Positions 45,730 to 55,499 of a stretch of 64,000 nucleotides of DNA are shown here, piece after piece. How positions within the stretch are numbered: position 1 is the stretch's first letter; each line of letters opens with the position of its first letter. The DNA lies in the NCBI GenBank assembly GCA_002010215.1, contig MTMY01000002.1, positions 9,728-73,727 of the forward strand, read 5' to 3'. Position numbers and translations under genes: made by a program. The DNA comes from Archaeoglobus sp. JdFR-37. Its GTDB lineage: Archaea; Halobacteriota; Archaeoglobi; Archaeoglobales; Archaeoglobaceae. Below the pieces are notes generated by a model that searched no databases, was not told where the DNA came from, and saw nothing but the letters and a program-made list of their open reading frames with translations.

Positions 45730-46952
45730 CTTGCTACACTCCTCAAAACCCAGTCAACGGGCTTTGAAATCTCCCATTCCACCACATCCGCCATCCCTGA
45801 GAGAGACGAGATGAAAGCCCTCCTAACACCATCCATTATCCTCGCCCCGTATCCCTCGCCCCATTCAAATTTCAGGGAGATTATCATCACCGGTAGACCT
45901 CTCCTCCATATTCTCCTGAGCCTAGCAATTCCCCTGCCGGGCTTCAACTTCTCAACCCGAGTAATCAGGATTACCAAGGGCTTTTCTGCTATCAGAAACG
46001 GCTTGCATTCCTCAAAGGCCCTTTCGAAGCTCTGAAATTCGTCGCTCACATCCGTCAGCAGAAGCTCTCTGGCAATTTTGCTGAACTGCCTAGTTCCACT
46101 GTCAGGATAGACAAGTCTTTTCGCCCCAATTATGTACATGCCCAGCCTGTAGCCTCGAGATGTGAAGTAATAGGCCAGAGCGTTGGCAGCCTCAACAGTA
46201 GCCTCCAAAAAGTTTCTGTTTGACTCGCCGTAAATCATGTAGGGGTTTGCGTCAACAAAAATCCATACTGCCTTCTTCCCCTCGACCTCAAACTGATTTA
46301 CCATCACCTCCCCTTTTCTGGCAGTCGCTTTCCAATTGATGAACTTCACCGGATCGCCGGGAGTGTAATTCCTGATCTCCCTAAAGTCTGTTCCCGGAAC
46401 GCCCAGCTTTGCAATATCCATTTCTGGAAAAGGCTTTCTGGCTACTCCTCTTGCCAGCCTTACCCTCTTTACGCTCCTCACCTTATGCTTAACCTCAAGC
46501 TGGATGTCCAGCTTCTCAACGCCTTCCCTGAAGGTCACCATGAGAGGGTCTTCAAAACCCCACCTGAGCCTTTCCAGGCGGTAAACCCCCCGTCTGGTTG
46601 CTATGGCTCTGTATCTTACTTTGACATCCCTTAGTATGGGTATGAAACTGGTAATAGTATTGCTTCCATCCACCAGCTCGAAAAACTCTGGGAGCTTGTG
46701 CTCGAGTCTGAGTAGCCCAATACCATAGGCCCTAACCCTCACCTCCACTTCAAACTCCTCACCAACGTACTTCCCGCCCGAGATTGCATAAGATGTAACT
46801 TTCAGACCAAAGGGTGTGGCTATGGAAGATACCAGCATGAAAACCGGAATGAACGCAGCAAGAATTAGCTCAGGGATGAGGGTGAGTACTGCCAGAACCG
46901 CCAAGAAGGTTCCCAAGAGAGAGAGTGAAGCAAAGCTGTGCATTACCTTCAT
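45726..46952 (-). CDS. DUF58 family protein (vWA-like, MoxR partner) with N-terminal TM helices
   Basis: Follows the MoxR ATPase after 6 nt. RNYTPGDPVKFINWKATAR and VWIFVDANPYM motifs are typical of DUF58. Confidence 0.75.
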   Translation of the reverse strand: MKVMHSFASLSLLGTFLAVLAVLTLIPELILAAFIPVFMLVSSIATPFGLKVTSYAISGGKYVGEEFEVEVRVRAYGIGLLRLEHKLPEFFELVDGSNTITSFIPILRDVKVRYRAIATRRGVYRLERLRWGFEDPLMVTFREGVEKLDIQLEVKHKVRSVKRVRLARGVARKPFPEMDIAKLGVPGTDFREIRNYTPGDPVKFINWKATARKGEVMVNQFEVEGKKAVWIFVDANPYMIYGESNRNFLEATVEAANALAYYFTSRGYRLGMYIIGAKRLVYPDSGTRQFSKIARELLLTDVSDEFQSFERAFEECKPFLIAEKPLVILITRVEKLKPGRGIARLRRIWRRGLPVMIISLKFEWGEGYGARIMDGVRRAFISSLSGMADVVEWEISKPVDWVLRSVAR

Positions 46953-46958
46953 TTTTTC

Positions 46959-47924
46959 TTAACTCCTCATATCAGGAGCCTTGGGAACTTCAACCTCCCT
47001 CAGCACTTCCTCAACAACGCTCTGTGGCTTCACGCCCTCTATTGCATACTCCACGTTCAGAATTATCCTGTGAGACAAAGCATCAACAGCAACCCTCTTC
47101 ACATCATCCGGAATAACGAAGTCTCTGCCCTCCATGGCTGCAATGGCTCTCGAAATTTTCAACAGTGCAAGCCCGCCCCTGGGACTTGCTCCTATCTCCA
47201 CCAGCTCGTTTTGCCTGGTAGCCCTCACAAGCTCTGCAATGTACTTTAGAACGCTCTCATCAACGTATATTCCCTCCACAATTCTCTGCATCTCCCTGAA
47301 TTCTTCCAAGCTAACAACCGGTATCACGTCATCTGTCGGATCGTCCTTCATCCAGCTTATCCTTCTGCTGAGTATTTCCACTTCTTCGTCGACGCTTTCC
47401 GGATATCCTGGCGATAAGCGGAGCATGAAGCGATCCATCTGGGCCTCAGGTAGAGGATAAGTCCCTTCCTGCTCTATAGGGTTCTGGGTGGCCATGACGA
47501 AGAAAGGCTCTTCAAGCTTCATGGTGTCTCCTTCTATGGTCACCTGTCTCTCCTCCATAGCTTCCAGCAGCGCTGCCTGAGTCTTTGGCGGGCTTCTATT
47601 GATTTCGTCTGCAAGCAGCACATGGGTGAATATAGGGCCTTTAACAAGCTGAAATCCGCTCTGCCTCCATACCTTCGTTCCGATGATATCTGAAGGGAGC
47701 AAATCGGGTGTGAACTGTACCCTTCGATAGTCTGCTCCGATAACTCTTGCAAAGACCTTTGCCAGCAGGGTTTTTCCCAGACCCGGGTAGTCTTCAAACA
47801 ACACATTACCGTTGGACAGACAAGCTGCCAATACTTTCATCACCATCTCTCTGTCTCCAACGTAAATCTCGCAAACCCTATCAACTATCTCACGGCTTTT
47901 TTCCAAAAATTCCATCAAGTCCAA
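46959..47924 (-). CDS. MoxR-family AAA+ ATPase
   Basis: Walker A YPGLGKTLLAK, Walker B LLADEINR. About 320 aa. Confidence 0.9.
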   Translation of the reverse strand: MDLMEFLEKSREIVDRVCEIYVGDREMVMKVLAACLSNGNVLFEDYPGLGKTLLAKVFARVIGADYRRVQFTPDLLPSDIIGTKVWRQSGFQLVKGPIFTHVLLADEINRSPPKTQAALLEAMEERQVTIEGDTMKLEEPFFVMATQNPIEQEGTYPLPEAQMDRFMLRLSPGYPESVDEEVEILSRRISWMKDDPTDDVIPVVSLEEFREMQRIVEGIYVDESVLKYIAELVRATRQNELVEIGASPRGGLALLKISRAIAAMEGRDFVIPDDVKRVAVDALSHRIILNVEYAIEGVKPQSVVEEVLREVEVPKAPDMRS

Positions 47925-48921
47925 GCTTTATCCCCTCCTCATCAATTCTCTTCATCATCTCAAATACCTTCTCTTTCCTCCTCTTCATGTTCTTCTGCTG
48001 AACTCTCCTTTTCTCCCATCCGAAAGCCAGTTTTGATGGGAGTTCATCTGAATGATCAGCTACAGGCTGGATAATTCTGGCAATGCTCTCAAAATCTCTG
48101 ACCTCAGATAGGACGGCAACAACTGCCGAGAGCAGCAGCTCTTTCCTGCCCTCTTCGATGAATTTTTTAATGGCGTCATCCAGCACGTGAACCGTTTCGT
48201 CTCCCCTCAGGAAAATTCTCTTCCGGTGCGGTTTGAAGGGCTCGGGCTCTCCAACCTCCACACTTCCTTTAAAGCCTGATCTGAAAGAGAACAGCACGGC
48301 GAGAACCACCAGCCACTCAATGAGCATTCTGACTCCAGGGTAAGGTATGAGTGGCCTTAGATATCCAAGATAAATTCCCACAAAAAGTGCGCCCGAGAAA
48401 ATTGTCCTCCTCTCCCTGAACATAAATTCTAAGACTTCGCTTCTCAGGTAGTACTGGAGGTACGTAAAGGCCACGAAGAGCGTTGCAATTGTTACTGCCA
48501 TCACCACCTCACTCTTCAAAATCCCTTCTAACAGGCGATAAAGCAGAAATGAGGCAGCTATAAGGGATGCCATGCTTATAATAGGCTGATGTCTCCATAT
48601 TTCCACGGAAGACAGGGAGAATAGAAGTATGAGAGCGATAATTTCCATTTTCCTAGCACTGAAGATGAGATAAGGTTCAGGATACAGAGTGCTCAAGTTC
48701 AGCAGAATCAAATCAGCAAGGAAGAAGAGAAGTATCCATGAAACTGCGGATTTAAACTTCCTTGTTCTTTCAGAAAGACCCAGCACCGCAGATATCAGGC
48801 TGAGTGAAGCTATAAGAGCTGTTTGCTGCATGTCAATGGCTAAGGGTATGTAAGGTTGAAGGTAGGGGGATGCGAGGTAAACTGCTACAACAAGTAAGGC
48901 CAGCAGTATTTCCTTAAACAT
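47890..48921 (-). CDS. Hypothetical polytopic membrane protein with cytoplasmic C-terminal domain (operon member)
   Basis: Overlaps the upstream TGase gene by 8 nt and the moxR start by 35 nt. About 8 TM helices. Confidence 0.45.
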   Translation of the reverse strand: MFKEILLALLVVAVYLASPYLQPYIPLAIDMQQTALIASLSLISAVLGLSERTRKFKSAVSWILLFFLADLILLNLSTLYPEPYLIFSARKMEIIALILLFSLSSVEIWRHQPIISMASLIAASFLLYRLLEGILKSEVVMAVTIATLFVAFTYLQYYLRSEVLEFMFRERRTIFSGALFVGIYLGYLRPLIPYPGVRMLIEWLVVLAVLFSFRSGFKGSVEVGEPEPFKPHRKRIFLRGDETVHVLDDAIKKFIEEGRKELLLSAVVAVLSEVRDFESIARIIQPVADHSDELPSKLAFGWEKRRVQQKNMKRRKEKVFEMMKRIDEEGIKLGLDGIFGKKP

Positions 48922-51559
48922 TCAGCTCCCTCCTGAGAGCATTCACAATTTCCCAGAACTTCTTAAGCTCTTTTCTGCCGATGTCTATTCTACCGTACTT
49001 TGCTCCTTCGAAGAGGTCGATTACTCTTTGTTTGACTTGCTTGCCTGTCTGCTCATCAAAAGCACCACCCACACCAAGCATTTCCAGAATTTCCCTTGCC
49101 GTCAGATTTTCCAGGTTGATTTCTCTCTTCCTCCCCACATCTTCCACGAATCTGGAAAAGATTTCGGCAATTCCTTCTGAATAGGGCATTATTCTGAGCT
49201 CCATGGTTTTAACCTCTACCACCTTCCCCTCAACCAGCCTTTCGGCCCTAAGCAAATAATCTCCTTCAGAAAGTGTCAGCTTGACCTCAAGTTCCTTCTC
49301 TTCTAATCCTAGTGGCTTGACTTCTTGCTCATTTTCTTTAAAGCCAGCTTTACCTGCCAGTATTGCCCTTACGACGCCTTCTCCACCATTGATTATCCTG
49401 ACCGCAATCTCTTCTCCCGGCTCGTAAATGGGTGGTTCATCGTAAACAAACTCCAGAAAGCTCCTTCTTTCCTTCAGCATTCTGGTTACAAGATATGCTG
49501 CTACAGGAGCCGGGATTATGAATATCCAGAAGGGGAACGGCTTCGGTATTTCCTTTGAGGCCGGGAGATACTTTTCATTACCCTCGAAGTATACCGAATC
49601 TCCTTCATACTCCTGAAAAACCGCAAAGCCCTTGGCATACTTCCTCTGGTTTCCCACCTTCACAAAACCCTCGGCAGGGTTGCCTGAATCATCGTATATT
49701 CTCACCTCCAGCTTACCGTCAGCCTTTACATCCAGCTTAACCCTTGATTTGACAAAAATCTGAACCTCAGTGGAGTAGTTTATTTCCGGCAAAACAATAG
49801 TGGCTTTTTGCTTTCCAAGCTGAACATTCTGAGCTTTCTCAACCCACATTCTGAAGCTGAAGTTTCCGGCAGTGGCATAGCTCTCAGCTTTGCCAAATTC
49901 AGTCTGAATGATTACTGAGGTGCTCAGCCCCTTGCCATTAAACCTCACAACTCCACCACTTTCCCAAACTTCTCCCCTGATTGCCGTTATGTTGGTCAGC
50001 TTCACCTCAACCTCGCCAACTTCCACCTTTCCAGTCACTTCAGCCGGAAGCCTGAAATCATGCCCCTCATACCTGAGCTTGACCTCGTGCACACCCCTGC
50101 CAAGCTCTAGGGAGATGTTGAAGCTTCCGTTTGTTGTGCTAACAGTATGGAGTAAAAAGCCATCAACGTAAACCTTTATCTCGTCATCCAGAGGTGTCCC
50201 GTTGTGGTCTATGAGCATTCCCGAAATAGTGAGCTTCCCGGTGGATATTCGAGGGATGGCAGCATCAATCTTCGTTGGGCGATATATCCTCACCACTGGG
50301 TCGCTCCAGGATTCTTTGTAAACCAGACTGCCAGTATAATGGGCCAGAACGTGATATTCTCCGGCCAGATCAGGAACTGGAAGCTCTCCCTGGAAGATGC
50401 CGTTCTCTACTGGAAGCAGGCCTATAAGGTCCCCTCTAATGTTCTTGTCAGGAGTTATGTAAATTTCCACGAAGCCTGAAGGCCTTCCCGTTTCTGCTGC
50501 CTTTGCTTTAACCACACCCTTCAAAGTGAAATTCATCCCGGTTCTGAGCTCGCTTTCAATGAATGTGATTTCGGTTGAAGTTGGTATCTTCTTCATGTTC
50601 CATGTGGGAGTTGGATCAACCTCCATCCATCCGTTCTCCATCATCACTTCCGCCCACATGTGGGCCTGATCCTGAAATACAGTCTGATTGTAGCTCACCG
50701 GCTTGGCAAGATAGCCAACAACAGCTCTCGCAGGCAGCCCTATGCTTCTGGCCATAGCAACGAAAGCTGAGGCGAAGTGCTTGCAAATCCCAGCTTTCTT
50801 GACGAAGAGAAATTCGTAAACTGGATGCTCGCCAAAGGTTGCAGTAGGATCGTACTCATAATTTTTTTCAAGAAATAGCTCTATGGCCTTTATCTTCTCG
50901 TAATCCGTCTTGGCATCCTTCGTCACCTTGAGTGTTAGCTTTTTGATTTCTTCAGCACCATAAAATCTCATCTCAGTGTATTTCCGGTATTTCTCGTCGT
51001 CCCTTAAAGCATTCTCCGAATAGTCAAAGCTCACAGCCACACCCATATAAGGCATCGAGTAGTTTTCAACAAGAAAGGACATGGTGTCAGCCTCATAGCC
51101 CGCATCTGCGGTGTTAAAGATTGTGTAGGTCGGAACCGGGATGTGTTTCGGGAAAGTTGCAATGGGTGTCACCCTGAACCTAGTTATTCTCCCGGGGGTG
51201 GGGGAGGGCTTATCAGCGTAATCCCCTTCCTCCTCCACCCAAACCCCATTGGCATACTGATATGCTGTAAAAAGGCGGAGGTGGTTTGTTTCATTGTTCA
51301 GCCCCTCCACAAAAAATATCGGAACGTGGGGCGGTGAACTCTGGGAGCTAAGATTTGTTAAGCCACTGTCAGACGGGCTAAAGCTGGAAGGGAGTGGCGC
51401 AGCCTCTGTTTTGCCAGCAGGCTGGCTTCCAAGGATACCTGAGAAACCAGAAGGGCTGAAGGATATTGATTTTATGAAGCTGAGGAGTAGAGCTATAGAA
51501 ATTATGAGGAGAATGAGTCCCAGAATTCTCCTGGTCTCGATAAAGAAGGATTCTTTCAT
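48914..51559 (-). CDS. Transglutaminase-domain membrane protein with Ig-like repeats and DUF4129-like cytoplasmic tail
   Basis: Catalytic core GICKHFASAF (Cys) ... AHMWAEV (His) ... EVDPT (Asp). N-terminal anchor, a late TM helix, and the C-terminal LTAREILEML...LFEGAKYG pattern. Confidence 0.8.
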   Translation of the reverse strand: MKESFFIETRRILGLILLIISIALLLSFIKSISFSPSGFSGILGSQPAGKTEAAPLPSSFSPSDSGLTNLSSQSSPPHVPIFFVEGLNNETNHLRLFTAYQYANGVWVEEEGDYADKPSPTPGRITRFRVTPIATFPKHIPVPTYTIFNTADAGYEADTMSFLVENYSMPYMGVAVSFDYSENALRDDEKYRKYTEMRFYGAEEIKKLTLKVTKDAKTDYEKIKAIELFLEKNYEYDPTATFGEHPVYEFLFVKKAGICKHFASAFVAMARSIGLPARAVVGYLAKPVSYNQTVFQDQAHMWAEVMMENGWMEVDPTPTWNMKKIPTSTEITFIESELRTGMNFTLKGVVKAKAAETGRPSGFVEIYITPDKNIRGDLIGLLPVENGIFQGELPVPDLAGEYHVLAHYTGSLVYKESWSDPVVRIYRPTKIDAAIPRISTGKLTISGMLIDHNGTPLDDEIKVYVDGFLLHTVSTTNGSFNISLELGRGVHEVKLRYEGHDFRLPAEVTGKVEVGEVEVKLTNITAIRGEVWESGGVVRFNGKGLSTSVIIQTEFGKAESYATAGNFSFRMWVEKAQNVQLGKQKATIVLPEINYSTEVQIFVKSRVKLDVKADGKLEVRIYDDSGNPAEGFVKVGNQRKYAKGFAVFQEYEGDSVYFEGNEKYLPASKEIPKPFPFWIFIIPAPVAAYLVTRMLKERRSFLEFVYDEPPIYEPGEEIAVRIINGGEGVVRAILAGKAGFKENEQEVKPLGLEEKELEVKLTLSEGDYLLRAERLVEGKVVEVKTMELRIMPYSEGIAEIFSRFVEDVGRKREINLENLTAREILEMLGVGGAFDEQTGKQVKQRVIDLFEGAKYGRIDIGRKELKKFWEIVNALRRELNV

Positions 51560-51687
51560 TTACATAACAGAGTGGAGATATATATTTATATTAATTGCTC
51601 TGACTTTTGCTCCGACTTTAATTGCCCCATACCTACTCTGGCTCTGAATTTGAGTGTTTGTAGAGTGATTCATGGAATAACTATCAA

Positions 51688-52221
51688 CTAAACCCCGGCC
51701 ATTCTTCTGATGATTTTTACAAAATCTTCAGCATACTCCTCAGCCGGAATGCGCCAGAAGTTCTTTTCCCAGCGCTTCAGAGAGCCTTTTATCTGATAGT
51801 ATCGTCGTTTCTTCCGAAGTTTGAAAACAACATATGTCAGAAGCGATCCCGTCAGAATAGCTGGAACGGAGAACACAGGAGGTAAAAAGGCAATTAAAAG
51901 CAAATAAAACCAGAATATGCCTATGATGACAATAAATAGAGATTTGTCAATGTTGTACTCCTCAATCAGGTCAAAATCCTCAATTTTTGAGTAGGGGAGC
52001 TCTACAAGCTCAGGAAATTTATCCACAAATACTCCCAGCAACCTCTTGTTGGTGGCGAAAAAGTAGTAATCGTAGATTGTCGGGATGGCTGCAACATTAT
52101 ACGTTGCTGTCCACGCCTCTTTCCTGTAATGGAGCCTTGCAAGAACTTCTTCGTCTGGGTCCATTGCCTCTTTGAGGATTTTTTCTACTGCATTTTCCGA
52201 CGCTTTTTCTGGTGCGTCCAT
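51688..52221 (-). CDS. Hypothetical membrane protein (soluble N-domain plus two TM helices)
   Basis: ORF with a central hydrophobic hairpin. No confident family. Confidence 0.35.
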   Translation of the reverse strand: MDAPEKASENAVEKILKEAMDPDEEVLARLHYRKEAWTATYNVAAIPTIYDYYFFATNKRLLGVFVDKFPELVELPYSKIEDFDLIEEYNIDKSLFIVIIGIFWFYLLLIAFLPPVFSVPAILTGSLLTYVVFKLRKKRRYYQIKGSLKRWEKNFWRIPAEEYAEDFVKIIRRMAGV

Positions 52222-52323
52222 TTATACCATCTTTGTTTTGATCTGATAAAAATTGTTTTTTCTGGTGATTTAAAGGATTTTATCATTCAGCAAAAGTTTT
52301 AACCCAGCTGAGAAACAAAAATC

Positions 52324-53655
52324 GTGCCATTTGCAATCATGGTTGCCGGCACCCACAGCAGTGTTGGGAAGACCACTGCTTCCCTCTGCATAGCAGCAGC
52401 CCTGAAAAAGAGGGGGTTTGCTGTTCAGCCTTTCAAGGTTGGCCCCGATTTCATCGATCCCACCCACTACTCCTTCTGCAATCCTACTGTTATTCCCGCT
52501 GTTAATCTGGATGTTTTCATGATGGGCGAGGAAGGCGTTGAGCAATCCTTCAAAAGATGGCTGTCAGACAGCGACTTTGGAATTGTTGAGGGTGTTATGG
52601 GCCTCTACGACGGCTACAAACTGACCACCTTTGCTTCTTCAGCCCACGTGGCAAGGATTCTCAGTATTCCCGTAATCCTAGTTATGGATGTGAAGGGCAT
52701 GGCAAACTCAGCTCTGGCAGTGTTTAAAGGCTTTAAAACCTTTGAAGACGTTAATATCGCTGGCGTTATTTTCAGAGGTGTCAGCGAAGCATATTTTCAG
52801 CGGATCCGCAGGCTTTTCGAGAACGAAGGCGTTAGAGTTTTCGGGTACATTCCCGATAACGATGCGCTGAAGATTCCCAGCAGACATCTGGGCCTGAAGC
52901 TTGGTATGGAGGTTGAGAAGGACTGGAAGGCTTTTGCTGAGACTGGAGAAAGCTATCTCGACATAGACAGAATATTGGAGGCGTCTGCTCAGGTTGAGGT
53001 GGAGGAATATTACAGCTCTAAAGCTGGAACTCAGACAGCTGATGCCCCAACAATAGGCATACCCTTCGACTCCTGCTTCGCCTTCTATTACGCCGATAAT
53101 CTTGACGTGCTGAAGAAAATCGGAAAGCTGGAGTTCTTTTCACCCCTCAAAGGGGAGCTTCCTCAGTGCGACGCCTATTACATAGGCGGAGGGTATCCCG
53201 AGCTGTATCCGGAGCTCTCACCATACGCAAAAAAGTTCGCAAAAATCTGTCAGGACGAGATTCCAGTTTACGCTGAATGCGGAGGGATGATGTTCCTGGC
53301 CAGAGAGATAAGGAAAGATGAATCTGGATCCAATTCACACTCAGAGTCCAAATCAAAAATAAAAATGGCAGGTGTTCTTGACCTTGACATCATTTTCACC
53401 CAGAAACTTCAGGCACTGGGCTATGTAAAGGGTGAAATCATCAGGAGCAATCCAATTTTCCGGTCTTCATTCAGGGGGCATGAATTCCATTACAGTTATG
53501 CCGAAGCTGATGATGATGTGGTATTTGCTTTCAAGACTGACGGAAAGGGAATAAAAGGTGGCTACGATGGGGCTATGGTTTACAAAACCGTGGCAGGATA
53601 CTCCCACATCCATTTCTTCTCAACAAAAATTAGCATGGAATGTAAAAGAGGATGA
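52324..53655 (+). CDS. cbiA: Cobyrinate a,c-diamide synthase (CbiA/CobB family)
   Basis: P-loop GTHSSVGKTT. C-terminal glutamine amidotransferase region with AECGGMMFL and GHEFHYS. Confidence 0.85.
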   Translation: MPFAIMVAGTHSSVGKTTASLCIAAALKKRGFAVQPFKVGPDFIDPTHYSFCNPTVIPAVNLDVFMMGEEGVEQSFKRWLSDSDFGIVEGVMGLYDGYKLTTFASSAHVARILSIPVILVMDVKGMANSALAVFKGFKTFEDVNIAGVIFRGVSEAYFQRIRRLFENEGVRVFGYIPDNDALKIPSRHLGLKLGMEVEKDWKAFAETGESYLDIDRILEASAQVEVEEYYSSKAGTQTADAPTIGIPFDSCFAFYYADNLDVLKKIGKLEFFSPLKGELPQCDAYYIGGGYPELYPELSPYAKKFAKICQDEIPVYAECGGMMFLAREIRKDESGSNSHSESKSKIKMAGVLDLDIIFTQKLQALGYVKGEIIRSNPIFRSSFRGHEFHYSYAEADDDVVFAFKTDGKGIKGGYDGAMVYKTVAGYSHIHFFSTKISMECKRG

Positions 53656-54020
53656 AACAGTGTCTGGAAGTCCATTGCCCCTCTCTCCGCCCTTCTTAAT
53701 CAATAATTATCCGATTACAAAATATTAAAAAATCCGGCAAATGGCCATAAAATAACAGAAAAAACCGGTTTAGCTCAAAAATGACATGAGAATTTCTAAA
53801 TAAACTAAATCTGGACAGTGGTGCTTTTTTTATTTTGCCTGAGCTCTGTGCAAACTCCTTCAAATTGGGCGAAAACTTTAAAAATCAATATACTTTACGA
53901 TGTTTTCGAGTCGAATCGTAGCTTACCGGTTTAAGAGTGTAATTTCCCGAATAAAAGGCCGTAAGGCTGCTAAACCGTCAGAATAATTGAAAATTCCGTA
54001 AAGGTGGTGAAAAAAGATGG

Positions 54021-54368
54021 GTGATGGCGATGATTGTCGGAAAGCACATAATTGCCGAATTATATGGAGTTCCAAAGGAGTTGATTTCATATGAGAAGAC
54101 AGTCAGAGACATCGTGGAGGAGGTTGTAGATGCGGCTGGATTGACAAAAGTAGGAAGTGTTTACAAGCAATTCAATCCCCACGGCGTAACAGGCATTGTT
54201 TTGATTGCCGAGAGCCACGTAAGCATCCATACCTGGCCGGAGTATGAGATGGTGAACCTCGATATCTTCACGTGTGGGGACATCAAGAAGACAGAGAGGG
54301 CATTTGAACTGTTTTTGGAAAGATTTAAACCAAAAGAATACCGGCATTATGTTCTTGACAGGGGTTGA
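54021..54368 (+). CDS. speH: S-adenosylmethionine decarboxylase proenzyme (SpeH, small archaeal/bacterial class)
   Basis: KHIIAELYG start region and the self-processing site AESHVSIHTWPEY. The exact start is ambiguous (54021/54024/54030). Confidence 0.85.
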   Translation: MMAMIVGKHIIAELYGVPKELISYEKTVRDIVEEVVDAAGLTKVGSVYKQFNPHGVTGIVLIAESHVSIHTWPEYEMVNLDIFTCGDIKKTERAFELFLERFKPKEYRHYVLDRG

Positions 54369-54395
54369 ATGTTTGTTTGTTAAGAGGTTATAGCG

Positions 54396-55430
54396 ATGAT
54401 GCGAAGAATAAGAAACCAGATTTTTCAGGCACTGCTTTCTGGAGGGGTGTCAGGTCTGTCAGTTTACAAGCTCATAGACAGCCAGGATTCCTCGCTTCCC
54501 GAATTCTTCCAGCTCCTCCACCAGTTGGAGGATGAAGGGCTGATTGCACTGGAAGGTGGTAAAGTATCCCTGACCCAGAAAGGCCTGGAATTATGCAGAG
54601 AAATGAACATCAAAAGCACAGACGTCTCATGTCAATATTGCGGAAGAACTGGCTACTCCATTGCAGGATTTTTCCAGGAGGTCCTTAAAACCTACAAGGA
54701 GATTTCAGCAGAGAGACCCGAGGCAATTGAGCTTTACGATCAGGGCTTTATCAGCCACGAGGGGGTCATAAGAAGGGTTGAATTCGTCCATGAGAGGGGA
54801 GATTTAGCTAATTCCAAGATTTTCGTGGTTGGAGATGATGACCTCTTCAGCATAGCTGCAGCTCTAACAGGTATGCCGAAAAAGGTGACTGTTGTTGAGA
54901 TAGATGAGAGGCTGGTTAATTTCATCAACAAAACCGCAGATGAGTACTCTCTGCCTGTTGAGGCAAGAGTTTATGATGTGCAGCAAGCCTTTCCGGATGA
55001 TTTGAGGGGCAAATATCACGTTTTTGTTACGGATCCGGTTGAGACTCTTCCCGGCCTAAAGCTTTTCCTCTCCAGAGGTGTTTCCACACTTGAAGGGCCT
55101 GGCTGCAGCGGTTATTTCGGAATAACAACACTAGAAGCCTCAAGGAAGAAATGGTACGAGATTCAGCGGATGATACACGAAATGGGTTTCATAATCACAG
55201 ATCTCAGAAGGAAGTTCAGCGTGTATCCGCAGGAGGAGAAGAACTTCTTCCGTTTCCAAGAGAAGCTACCTATCGTGAGAAAGCTTGGGGCAGAAATAGA
55301 CCACAACTGGTACACCTCCACCCTCTTCAGAATAGAGGCTGTAAAGGAGCCCAAGCCCATTGTAGAGGGGGAGATGATCATAGACGAGAAGGTTTACAAG
55401 GACGATGAGAGCTGGGCCACCCCCTACTGA
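54396..55430 (+). CDS. bpsA: N4-bis(aminopropyl)spermidine synthase BpsA-like (branched-chain polyamine synthase, DUF43)
   Basis: N-terminal wHTH-like region and the VVGDDDLFS motif. About 345 aa, immediately downstream of speH. Confidence 0.75.
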   Translation: MMRRIRNQIFQALLSGGVSGLSVYKLIDSQDSSLPEFFQLLHQLEDEGLIALEGGKVSLTQKGLELCREMNIKSTDVSCQYCGRTGYSIAGFFQEVLKTYKEISAERPEAIELYDQGFISHEGVIRRVEFVHERGDLANSKIFVVGDDDLFSIAAALTGMPKKVTVVEIDERLVNFINKTADEYSLPVEARVYDVQQAFPDDLRGKYHVFVTDPVETLPGLKLFLSRGVSTLEGPGCSGYFGITTLEASRKKWYEIQRMIHEMGFIITDLRRKFSVYPQEEKNFFRFQEKLPIVRKLGAEIDHNWYTSTLFRIEAVKEPKPIVEGEMIIDEKVYKDDESWATPY

Positions 55431-55499
55431 TTCTTTTTTACTTCTTTTTACTTCATTTTCTCCTTTTCCCCATTCCTCGCTTCCCCTTCACGATTAACT

